Source: Vitrella brassicaformis CCMP3155
Lineage: Eukaryota > Protista > Chromerida
Assembly (NCBI GenBank): GCA_001179505.1
Contig: CDMY01000312.1
Span: forward strand, 1-64,000
Reading direction: 5' to 3'
Length of the DNA stretch: 64,000 nucleotides
A program made the position numbers and the translations under genes. Positions 50,134 through 61,822 of this stretch are shown piece by piece; the stretch's first letter is position 1, and each line of letters opens with the position of its first letter. A model generated the notes under the pieces. It ran no database searches. It was given only the letters and a program-made list of their open reading frames with translations, and was not told where the DNA came from.

Positions 50134-53100
50134 TTACCTGTCTCGCTCAGCTACCTCGACCACCGCCCACCGCACCGCCGACCACCGAACCTGACACACC
50201 AGAAGAAGAACACTAACACTAGCTGTGGATGACGAAACTGACTTACCGAGTTCCCCAGTGGCATCCCGCTCGCTACGTACCGAGTCACCGGCACCACCAC
50301 CACCACCACCATCACCACCACCTGAAAACAAACACAATGTAGCCCGTGAGGCTTCGCTTGTCTGCTCCATTCTCGTGCGTCGATCCCATCCCACCTGGTG
50401 TTCATCCATACCTGTAGCTATCGCCTCACTGACCCCCGGGATCAGCCACGCATCGCCACCCATCCTCGTGGCTGCGAGGGCCGCTGCCAGGGGACTGCCC
50501 GCCACGCCTTCGCCATCGCCATGGGGCTCCTCGCTGCTGTGGAGGGCGATAGACGACCCACCAGAGAATGTGGTCATCTTGATTTGTGCCTCCACCTTAT
50601 CACCGCACAAGATGACCCGTCGCGTTGTGAGGCCAGTGTACGGGTCGGTGCAGTCGATTACGGTGTGGCTGCCCCATACTGGCGACCGCTGGGCCATGAG
50701 CGCAGTGATGCTATCATTCGCGGCAGACGACGCAGGAGACGCAGGATACACCATGCTGGCTGACATACGCGACCTCCGCTCGGCCGTCCTGATGCACCCT
50801 ACTGTGACCGACGAGGGCTGAGTAAGTGGGGGAGGGGGGCGGGCACTCACTGGGGGAGGGGGGCGGGCAGCCGCACGAGTCGGGAACTGTGCGAGTGGGA
50901 GCTGCCGCTGGGCTACAGGGCCGCCGGCACCACCACCATCACCACCACCTGCACAGACACAAACACGCCCACAGAGTCTGTGAGGTTTTGCTCGTCTGCT
51001 TCACTCTCGTGTGTCGATCATCTCCCCTTTTATATTCGATTCTCCACACATACCTGTAGCTATCGCCTTCTGGACGGCCGGGATCAGCCATGAATCGCTA
51101 CCCATCCTCGTGGCTGCGAGGGCCACTGCCAGGGGATTGCCCGCCGCGCCCCTGCCATCACCTCGGGGCTTCTCCGTGCTGTACAGGGCGATAGTAGATG
51201 GCGGACGAGAGAGTCTGATCCAGACGTGTGCCGCAAACGCGTCCCCCGCCTTGTCACCGCACAGGAGGACCCATCGCCATTTGTCGCCAGTGTGCGGGTC
51301 GGTGTCGACTACTTTGTGGCTGCCCCATAGTGGCAACGGTTGGGCTATGAGCGTAGCGATGCGGTCATGCGCGGCCGATGGCGCAGGATACACCCTGCTG
51401 GCTGACATGCGCGACCTCCGCTCGGCCGTCCTGCAAGTGCGAAGAGGAGAAGACACCGTCTTGTGTTGCCAAGACAACGGCTGGCTGCGTACCGAGCGAG
51501 CCGAGAGAGAACAATATCGCTGAAACTCTGATACGCATCACCTGCAACTGCAGAGGGAGAGACAGAGACATCCAGGAGACGACACAGATGAACGTGCCAG
51601 TTCTCCCCCATTTTCGTCTTCGTCTTACAGCTGCACGGGGGGTCTTTGCTACCGGAAGCACGCACTACCACAGCTTCTCTCCCCAGCATCTCTCCCCCGC
51701 CATCAGTCCGCGTCAGCGCCATGTCACGGCCCAGTCGATGGCCGACGAGGGACCATTGCCGGAGGCTCGCTGCACGCCTCTCGAATGTCGCGCGGCTGCC
51801 CGCACGCTCCACGTCGCCCTCGTTCAACTGCATGGGCAGCTGCTGGATCCACCTGTACCGTTTGGCGAGGCGGAGCAGCGCCGCACTAGCCGCCCAGTCG
51901 CCCCCGTTCTCGAGGAAGTACTGCAGGCGAATCAACTGACGGGGGCTGGCCGACTGACGCAGCGGCTGGTAGTCGATGACGCCGAGAAGGCCCTTCTGCT
52001 CGATCAGGCCATCGATGGCCGACGTCACTGCGGCCTTGTCTACGGCCACCTCCAACTGCGGACAGACATCAAGGAAAAAAGTTTCTCACACGCGGATGCA
52101 ATCGCATTCATTCCCCTCGTCAGTTACCCTTTGTCTGACCTGATACACCTCCAGCCGCTGTGCGGTGAACTCGCGCTCGTCCCCGCCTTTCAGCCTCAGG
52201 CGACACCGACGAAGATCGCCGCCCATACCCAGCACCAGGCAACCGCCGCCAATGTACAGCCTCCCGCCACCAGCCCCAGCGACGGTCACACGCTGCTCGC
52301 CCTGTGGCACCTCCACCTCTTCCAGGCCCTTGGTGGACGTCTCACGCATCGAGAAGAGGGCCACGGGGCACTCGATGGTGCGAGGGGATGTGGCACTAGG
52401 GGGCTGGATGAGCCGCCCGTCGATGTGGGATGCCTTGACACGGCCATCGTCGTCCTGGGGATGGACGACGAGCACGAGACCTTGGGCGTCGCCCACCTGC
52501 TGCAGCAGCTTGTCGAACGATGAGCGGTGAGCATCGCTCCTGCACCGCACAGACACACGAACACACACATGATGAGGGAGAGAGGGGTGTCTGTCGGCTT
52601 GGTTTTCCTGTCTGCGCGCCTCACGTGAAGAGGCGGTGTAGCTTGGCTGGCTGATTGTAGGTGATCGTGCGGGCGAGCTTGTGCATATCGTGGTCGGTGA
52701 GTATGTGTGGGTAAGTGTGCTTCAGCATGCCGTACATGTCGCACGCGAGCAGCAGCTGGTCCATCTTGTCGCTCGTGGTGGTGGGCGGGGCCACTGGGGT
52801 GCAGTCAGGCAGGATGCGACGACGACGCGCATAGTCGACGATCCTGCAGGTTTGTTGTTGCACGTGAACTCTGCTTCGGTTGGCGTGTTTCTTACTCGCT
52901 GAAGTGGTCGGCAGGTATACGCTTCACCGGAGCACTGTACCTGCAGGGCGACAGCAGTCCACACATACACGATTCATCCCCTCACTGTCCCGGTGAGTGT
53001 ATGGGTCCCGGTGGCTGTGCACTTTACAAGTCGAATCGATTTCGCAGGCTGCTGGTGGTCTCTTGAAGAGTCGACTGAGTGGTGCTGATGACCACATAGG

Positions 53101-54078
53101 GCCGCCTGTCGTCCTCCAGATCGGGCCACTCGTCGTCCTCCGACACTACTCGGATGGAGCGAATGGACTCATCACCACTCAGGGGCCGCAGGAAGGGAGC
53201 GACCGCCTGTGACGCACACACAGAGCCACGGACCAGTCCATCGACCCAGTCCGTCACCTTTTGTCTCTCCCTCTCTCCTCCGCCCCTCTCACCTTGATTT
53301 CGCCCATCACTTTGTCGTATCGGGCCTTCTTCGCCGCCCGCTCGCTCTCCAGCTCAGCTAACCTCGCAGCGAAGGTCTTGGCGAACCTCTGCATGACACT
53401 CATGAGGCCCTTCAGCTGCTCCGGCAGCGCGACGGCCGACATGGCGGGCGAGGGTGGTTCTATGTGGTCGTGTGCCGCCTCGCCGTCTGCTGCTGCAGGG
53501 GGTGAGAGCCAGAAGCGGATCCAATCGCACACACCACCTGCTCACTCACACACAGCACGGGAAGAGCAGTGAGTGCATGTGGTGGCTGGATTCAGCCCAC
53601 CGCTGAAGAGTCCGGCTCGTGCCTTGCTCTTCAACAGATCCACTCCCTCCTCCCAGCCCTCCTCGCTCATCTTGCTAAGGATCACTTCGAAGGCCCGCGG
53701 GTCCGCATCGATGAAAATCCGCTGCTTGTCGTCCCTCGGCAAACGGCGGTCCCACTTGCCTCCGAACAGGGAGGCCATCACCGAGCCGTCCGGCCGTGTG
53801 ACGTCCTTGCGACGGACAGTGAACGACCGGCCGCCCACGTTGAGGTCCAGCTGGTCATCGCCAGAGGCCGCCGAGCCGTCGGATGCGCCATGAAGACTCA
53901 GCAGCTCGTCGATGTCGTACGATGCGTCGATGCGGTTCTGCTCGGCCTCGAGCTCCTCCAGCGGGCCCACGATCTGTCTGTCAATCGCGCAGAGGGCTCC
54001 ATGGCGCGAAAGCAGGTCGCGGTCAATGGCACTTGGCAGGTCCATTGCCACTAGCAGTGAGGCGTCGGAGGCTGACAA
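50134..54078 (-). CDS. BTB (KCTD/T1-type) - coiled coil - TLDc - Vitrella-family domain fusion, with a tandemly duplicated C-terminal module
   Basis: BTB LDLNVGGRSFTVRRKDV..SVMASLFGGKWDRRLPRD..RIFIDADPRAFEVIL; TLDc SFDKLLQQVGDAQGLVLVV..EFTAQRLEVYQ. A phase-0 intron joins it to LEVAVDK..LIRLQYFLENGGDW..LRQWSLVGHRLG. The C-terminal module (CRTAERRSRMSAS..LCGDK..LYSTE) occurs twice. Confidence 0.68.
50220..51435 (-). repeat. Tandem duplication of a ~0.6-kb coding module (about 50870-51435 and 50220-50795)
   Basis: Both copies share gcgacctccgctcggccgtcctg, catcctcgtggctgcgagggcc, tacctgtagctatcgcc and caccaccaccatcaccaccacctg. Confidence 0.85.
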
Positions 54079-54548
54079 GCAGGAGAAAGAGCCGTCCGCG
54101 GGTGAGATGAATTCATGGACTCGTTCTGCTGCCTCTTACCCGTCCGGATCACCCGCCAAATTGAATCGGAGCGATGATGCGTCTGAGTGCGGCCGTCATG
54201 CCGCCGTCAGCAACGTCCACGGCTGGAAAGGCGTCTGCAAGTGTCATTCATCGCCCATCAGAAGGCAAGATCACCGACGGAAAGCAGATCAGTGAGGCTT
54301 GCTCCATGCCTCCCGACTGCTACACTCCTTGTCCTCTTCCCTCCAGCTCAGCAGCAGCGGTTTCAGGGAGCACCCTAGGCGTCCTGACGGCCAAGTCCTC
54401 TGTAGGTCTGGACCGACAGGAAACTGCTCAAGGCGACCAATGTTTCCTGTCGGTGCAATGTTTCGCGTGTGTGCACTGCCCGTCGGCCGGTGTGTCTGTG
54501 TGAAAGGAGACAGAGAGTTCCTTTTCAGCAAACGATTGTTGGTCGGCT

Positions 54549-54588
54549 GAGTGGTCGTGTCGTGTTGGGAATGAGGAATGAGCTGTGT
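54549..54588 (+). repeat. 40-bp direct repeat, copy 2
   Basis: gagtggtcgtgtcgtgttgggaatgaggaatgagctgtgt, 36/40 identical to 49768-49807. Confidence 0.8.
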
Positions 54589-55122
54589 ATGGCGGTGAGA
54601 CGATCCTCACGTATGTGTATGTGTGTATATGAGACAAACAGCTGACTCGTTAGAAATCGGTTCACATCACGTCCGCAGTTACGAATCCAGCCTGTCTGCC
54701 CTCTGTCTCGCCTGCATCGACACGGCAGCACGTAAGTGGCAGCTCCATCGACAGCCGACTGTGATGGAACTGTGGCTTACGTGCCGGAAGCTCATGCACA
54801 CCAAGACAGAAGACATGTGGTCACAATGAAGGACAGGAAGCTGTCAGAACACGGCTGTTTTCCGTCTTGCTCGCAACTTTCTTCTCGTCCGTCCCCTCCA
54901 CGCCATCCCACTCAGTGACGCGATGTGTCAGCGTCACTGAGTTGGATGACCTGGTTCAGACGTACCGGGGGAAAGCTGCTGAGCGAGGGGAAAGCAACAC
55001 AGGCCGATCCGTAGCTCAATCGTCCAAACAGAAAGCTATACATTCAAGTCAGGATATCTGTCTGTACATGATGAAAGCAAGATGCCACCATGCGATGTCC
55101 CCCGCACTGTGTTGCTATGTCG

Positions 55123-56072
55123 CTATGCGCCCCTGCACGGCTCGTCGTTCTTCCCCTCCAGCAGCCTCACCCGCCGCACCAGCTCCGCCACATGCCGGTC
55201 GTGCACCTTGATGGCCTCCAAGAAGTCGCCAAGACGATAGAGGTACTCTCGGTTCGGACCAGAGGGGCCCTGATATATACACACAGCACACAGAGAGGGA
55301 GATGGGTCCATTTGCTCATTGTGACTTGTGTGTGAACTCACCGTGGATGAGAAGATGCGGTGTGCTGCCTGCTGCAGCCCCTCGTCGCTCTCGTCATCGA
55401 AGGCATCGTATGCGGGATTGGTCTCGTTCCCGCAGTAGGCCAGAGCCGTCACTCGCCGGCCGCCCTCCTTCCCGTCAGCGCACCACTCAGTCACATCCAG
55501 CAGCAACCGAGAATACCTACAAATACGTCGACAAGCGCATCTTTGCTCGTGCAGATTCATGCGCACAGCTGGCCTCCGCTCACCCTCCCTTTTCCCTGTA
55601 GTCGAGTGCATCCAACACCTCCTCGACGCGCTCGTCGGGTATTCTGTACGCGACGCCGTGTACGAGGCCTTCGGCCTCAGAGAGGGGGACAGATGCGGGG
55701 TGGGCGTGCTTGACGAGCGTCACCACACGGCCGGGGGAGGCGGGCGTGCCGCGGTGATCCATCGACGCCTGGAAGAACTTCCTCTCATACCCCTGACATG
55801 AGATGACACACACACACACAGACGAAATGTTTGCATGTCCTCTCATGTGTGTCTTCCGTCTCGTGCTTCCGCGCACCCACCTGGATGAAGCCCACGAACT
55901 GTTCCTCGTACGGCACGTCAGCCTTCCAACAGAGCGAACCATAGCCGAAGAGCCACAGCGGGCTGGGCACGACAAAGGAGTCGTCTGCCCGTGCCCTGGA
56001 GCCAACCCAGACGCCGAGCGTGCTGTCCCAGTGCGGCTCTGAAGGTCCATCATGATCAACCGTCTCACGCAT
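55123..56072 (-). CDS. CHAC: ChaC-family glutathione-specific gamma-glutamylcyclotransferase, multi-exon
   Basis: LWLFGYGSLCWK..GFIQ|GYERKFFQASMDHRGTPASPGRVVTL..HGVAYRI..LDYREKGG|Y..GPSGPNREYLYRL. Confidence 0.92.
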
Positions 56073-56342
56073 CGCGCCGGCAGGACACGGAGATCTGTTC
56101 TCAGCGGATTTCACCTCTTGCAAGCAGCCTGCGCAGGCGCATCCACAGGGGGAGGCACTCCCTTTGCCAAGCTCGCCAAGTCTAAGCTCGCAGATGCCGA
56201 GGTGAGCGAAGGCGCTGAGAGGAGTGACAAGCAGGTGGCGACAACAAAGCAGCACCAGTGGTGACGTTGGATCTACGAGAAAGGAAAGGGAGAACAGATG
56301 ATGTATTCTAACGCACCGGTGGCCACACACTCCGCAGCCACG

Positions 56343-57655
56343 ATGTCCACCGGGCCCAACACGCCCATGGTAAGCCGAGCAGATGGCCGCCGCGACGGCA
56401 GATGAGGCTCCTTGAACTGATCCCCTTATGGTTTGTGTGCAGAACGCGCCTCTCAACGCGCCGGCAACAAACGGCGAAGCGGAGACCATCAAGATGAAGA
56501 TCCTCGTCGTCGGGGAGTGCCGAGTCGGTAAGACGCACCGCCGACACTCTCAGTGTTCTTAACTGACGGCGGCCCGTTGGTGTGTTTGGGTGTTTGTGCT
56601 GCTGCGCAGGCAAGACTGATTTGATCAAGAGCTTCACGGAGGGCCGTGCGCTGCAGAGGAGTCGCGGTTCAGGCCTGTCGACCATCGGGGCGGAGTTCTC
56701 CACCAAAGACATCAGGCTCAGGAACGGCGTCGCCGTCAGGGCGCAGATCTGGGATATGGGTAAGTCACCTCCCCCACCCCACCCCTCCCAGCCCGGCACA
56801 CATAGAACGGAGAGACTCCCTGTCTGTCGTCTGCTCTGCTACCTCCCTGCAGCTGGCCACGAGAGGTATCGTGCGGTGTGTCGCGCCCACTACGGCAAGG
56901 CGCACGGTGCGCTGGTGGTGTACGACATCACCAACCGGACGTCGTTTCTGCAGTGCCAGCAGTGGATCACGGAGCTGCGGCATGGCAATCCCCGCATGAC
57001 GCTGGTGCTGGTGGGGCAGAAGAAGGACATGAACGAGCACAGGGAGGTCGCTGAGGAGGAGGCCATGAGCTTCGCCGAATTCAACGGTCGGTGTGTCAGC
57101 AAGGGAGAGGAAGACAGAGAGGGGTGTGTTGTGTGTTGTGTTTGTGTAGAGTGTGGTGTGTGGTGTGTGGGGGTGCGGTGTGTGGGTATGTCTGTGTAGA
57201 TATGAACGGGTTTGTGGAGACGTCCGTGGCGACCTGTGAGGGCACCCAGCGGGCCTTCACCGACCTCATACACAGTAGGCATAATCAGTCAGTGCTCCTA
57301 CACAGCTGCTGGACGTCTCTGAGCGCCTGTCTCCCTCCCTTCGTCCCTCTCTGCAGAGATCTACTTCCTGCAGATCAACCCCGCGGCCGCCGGGCCGACA
57401 GACCTCAGCATACAAGGTCGGTGGTGGAGCGACAACACCATGCCGGAGGGGAGGGAGGGAGGACACAAACACATCTCTCTCTCTCTCTCTCTGTGTGTGT
57501 GTTGTGTGTGTGTGTGTGTGTGTGTGTGTGGTTGTTGATCAGAGCGTGAGATTTTCGCTCACCTAGCGTCGCAGGACGTCAAGAATGGCGACAAGGTCAC
57601 CATGTGCTCGTGGCTGCCCTGCTGCTCTAACCTCGAAGCAGCATGTAACTTTTGA
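56343..57655 (+). CDS. Divergent Rab-family small GTPase (Rab2/Rab11-like), multi-exon
   Basis: KILVVGECRV|GKT, TIGAEF, AQIWDM|AGHERYRA, YGKAHGALVVYDIT, LVLVGQKKD, VETSV; tail ..CCSNLEAACNF*. Confidence 0.88.
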
Positions 57656-59608
57656 TATACAACACCACCCACCCAATTAGTCAACTAGCTAAACACACAC
57701 TGACACACACACACAGACCCATAGGGCAGTCAGTCAGTCAGCGAGAGGTAGGGTATCTATGTAGCGATCTAGCCTCCCTGTCTGTCTATGGTGCAGGCGC
57801 GTATGTGTATTCATGCTGCATTAACACGTGCACCGGCACGCGCGGACAAGAAGTGCAGACCGATCTTCAAGAGACGTAACCTACAGACGCCGGGGAGGGG
57901 GGAGGGAGGGGGGGGCAAAAGTGGTGTTGTCGTGTTTTCTACGCGGTCTCGCGCGTCGTCGTTCTTGTCCACCGTGCCACGCTGAACCATCATCTGTGTA
58001 CACGGATGATGGTCTGGCGTGGCAAGGTGCGGGAGCAAACGACGATGCAGCCGACTGCTACCACATGTAATTGGGTGGGGGAGGGGTGGGGTGGGGTGGG
58101 TGAGGGTGTCAAAAGTGCACACATGTCATGTCATGGGGGCTGGTGCGCCATGCTGTGAGTTTTATAGCGTGGTGTGGTGTGTTGTGTTGTGTTGATCGAT
58201 CAGTCAGTCAGTCAGTCACCGCTGTAGTATCTCTCTCTGTACGTGTGTGTGGACAAATGCGTGTTTATCACATCAGATGAGGCCGGGGCAGAGCAGAGCA
58301 GAGCTGAGCTGTGTGTGCCGCCTGCTGCTGGGTACGTGTGGGGGTATGGGTGCAAGGAGGGTGGGTCTTCCTAATTAGTACAGTTCACCCACGAGAACGG
58401 GACAAGCAATGTGTGTGTGGTGTGTGCTCGTGCGGTGGTTGGTTATTTCCTGGATAGGTGTGTGTATGTGTGTGGGCTGTATAATTCACTCAAGGACAAT
58501 GGACGACTGGATGGATGGACTCACACGTGTCATTGTGATGATAATAATCCCTTTATGTGATGTGACGTGACTGACAGTCAGGCAGGTCCAGCCCTCCAAC
58601 TCTTGGTTCCCTCAAACCTCGCTCAACACACACACACACACACACACATGCACTCTCTCTCTCTCTCTCTTGCCGCAGCGTGACTGCAGTGAGTGCATCC
58701 CTGCACCCCTCACTCAACTCACAAACAAATACGGCTCTCCTCTCCCTCTCCCTCTCCCGCCTTCAAGGATATGCACACCCCTCTATCTATCCTACACAGC
58801 GCATGACTGACATCACAAACCACACACATACAGAGAGAGACACGTCCATATGGTACACACACACACGAGTGAGCGCATTGCAGAAAGGTCCGGCACTGTA
58901 GATGAGAAACGGAAAACAGAACAGAGGACCCGCCCGCAACACCACGAGCAGCTCGACGCCTCGTCTGCCCTCCGCCATGTGGCGTGCACACATCGTGACT
59001 GAAACTGGGGCCGTCCGTCTGGTGGGACAACGCCCATTTCGCCCTCGATGTGTGCACGGGACACTGGCGGACTGGCAACGAACGAGGCAGTGAAGAAATG
59101 TCAATGGCTTCCTGTCTGTCTGTCTGTCTGTCTGTACACACGACAAAGCAACGCACGGCAGCCGTATTGACACGCGCAGCAGCCAGCCATCTGGTCGGTG
59201 GGCAAAAGGGCCGAATCGAATTGGGGGGCGTTAGTACCAGAAAAACCCCTCAGGCACACTGTAACACCTCGGAGGCTAACACGGGAGGGACGTGTGTGTT
59301 GGCCTCCATTGTCTGTCTCTTATCATCAATAGCCACGACGGGCGGCCCGGCACCGGGTGCCCGGATTAAACGACGAAGACCAAGCACACACACAGCACCG
59401 TGACGACACACTCACACACACTGCGCCCCCTCTCTCAGAGTCTTACTGCGTCCCTCCCTACCTCTCTCTCTCTACACGACTTACGACTTACACACACACT
59501 GCTCCCTCGCTCGGTCAACGGGCCTACCTCTCTCTCTGTCTACCACGCGACGTACACAAATATGACTAACAGCCAGGGGCGCTATCTCTCGGTAGGCCAC
59601 CATGATGG

Positions 59609-61545
59609 TCAGCACGGCGTGAGGACGTCCGCTTTGTCTTCTTCCGCCGTCTGCTCTAAGATGGGATCATCCCCGACCACCAGTGTGTCTTCCTCTAGTT
59701 CGTCGTCGTCAGAGAGCTCGCCTTCATCCAGCTGCAGACAACACAGCACAGCACAGCACAGCACAGCACAGGGATGCACGGCGATCGATGCATCCATATG
59801 AGAATGTGCGTGTGTGTGTGTGTGTACCTTTCTGGCGAGTACTGCGACGAAGACGCCTTCCCTGTTTGTGGTGATGACCTTGTACCCCGCCCGCCGGAAG
59901 TACTTGGGGAGGTTGATGGAACAGAAGTCCGCCAAATAGGGCTCGATGTAACCCGTGATCTCGGGCACCTATATCACACAGACACACACACACACGCACG
60001 CACGCACACAAGCAGATAGGCGTCTATATATATCGCTTCCCAGTGCGTGTGTGGCTCACGGCTAGCTGTCTTCTTATTGTGGGCGACTCAGGGTCTTGGT
60101 CGACGAACAGGAAGCAGCCGCCCTTGCGCAGTATGCGATGCGCCTCCTTCAGTATCTGCAAAACACACACAGAGAGAGAGAGAAAGGGCCGCACACGTAG
60201 ACATACTCGTTCGCATGGTTGGTGGTGGGTGGGAAAGAATCGACCCACGCACCCTGAAGGTGACCCCCTTGGGCAGCTCGTGCGCCACGGCGAACATGGT
60301 GACCATGTCGAACGTGTCATTCTCGAAGAACGTCTTCTCGCCCGCCTCGTGGTGAAACACCATATTGGGATACCGATACCTGCACACACACACACACACA
60401 CCAATGAACACACAACACCTCCGCGCCTCCTCCCTTGTGTGTGCCGATGCCCCCCACCTGGCGACAGCAATCATGTGTGGCGAGAGATCCACCCCCTCCA
60501 CCTCTGCGTTCGGATAGCGCGCCTGCAGCAATGCAGTCGAGTCGCCCGTCCCGCAGCCCACGTCAAGGATGCGCTTGATGCGCGACACCGGCACCATGTC
60601 CGCCGTCGCATTGACGTCCTCCTGGCCAGCCTGGTCCACCAGCACCGGCACAGCGGGCAGCAGATGGTCGACGTGCACCGCCGCGCCCTCCTGCTGCCAC
60701 TCGTCAATCGACGGCACATGTGTGGACGGGGGGCCGGCAGACTCGATGTCGTCCTGCAGGCGGTTGAGAGCCTCCTTGCGGAAGCAGCGCACCCCTTGGA
60801 ACAGCATCATGGTCGCACTCATGGCCGCTGACTGCTCAACGGCCTGAGTGATGCACAAGTTGCCTCCCAGAATGCCGTGGATGGGCGCCTCGAAGTAGGC
60901 CGGGATGACCGTCCGCCCGTCCGTCGCATTGCGGACCCTCTCCGACCAGTCGATCCACTTGAAATAGTCTGATTCCTCCCAGTTGATGCCTCTCGCCCCT
61001 GAGGCCGCCTTCATGTGGTCCCGGAAACCGCGCAACACCGCCCGCAGGAAGAGCGACTCGGGCCACATCCTGCGCAATCTTTCCCTCAGCAGCCGTGCCC
61101 CACCCCGCTGTCGCAAGCCCTTGGATGGGGCGAGCCTCTTGAAGAGGCGGCGCCAGAACGGCCGGCGGATGGGCTTGGCGGATAGTGCAGGCGCCTCCAC
61201 TCCTTCTGTTTCATTGAGCAGCATGAGGGTCGCCCCGTACTCGTACGCAGCAGCTTCCTCCAGGTCTTCAGGCAACGGAGGAGGCTCCGGCTCGCCGTCG
61301 GTCTGCTTGTCGGTGTCGCATTTGCGTCGATAGCGAAAGGGCAGCCACGTCTTGGCATGGAGAGGGAACGCATCATCATCCTTGTGTCGCGTCGAAGATG
61401 GATGGCGCGGTGACCACCGGGAGGGCGGGCGACTGCCAGCGGGATGCAACAGAGGGGAGGGCGGGATGAGGGAGAGCTGATGGGAGGGGAAGATGGCGGC
61501 TGCGAAGGCGGACCTCCACGACACAACCATCAGCAGGGGCGCCAT
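59609..61545 (-). CDS. Class I SAM-dependent methyltransferase (Methyltransf_11/25-like) with a probable bipartite plastid-targeting presequence
   Basis: ATG at 61545 (MAPLLMVVSWRSA-FAAAIF) followed by a Ser/Pro/Arg-rich transit-like region; PAYFEAPIHG..GNL; RILDVGCGTGDST, GVDLSPHMI, DTFDMVT..HELP, ILKEAHRILRKGG. Confidence 0.85.
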
Positions 61546-61822
61546 GATCCATCGGTGATGTCGTTGCCGAAGTCGCCTCTCTCTCATGTTTTCTGTTTGA
61601 TGAGGGCTCTCGCTGCGTCGCTGTCTGTCCGAATTCATGAGCACGAAGAAAAGTCGGCTGTCCACCGGGATATCTAGGGCAGATGTGAAACCGCGCAGGG
61701 GAACCACTACCCCCAAAGTTTCCCCCCAGCCAACTACTCAGTGCCGTGCTGTCGCACTCCTGCGAAAAGTACTTGGCTGCAGGAAGAATAGCTCGCCATG
61801 CAGTTGTGACTCCATCGTGCCC

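Noticed and set aside
51378-52523. 381-aa plus-strand ORF and similar long antisense ORFs (e.g. 60043-60831, 6146-7513, 39124-40008)
   Set aside because: These are shadows of GC3-rich genes on the opposite strand, and the splice signals point the other way.
57811-59570. Possible extra gene between the Rab and the methyltransferase
   Set aside because: Only short microsatellite-derived ORFs with no consistent exon chain or recognisable motif; most likely convergent 3' UTRs.
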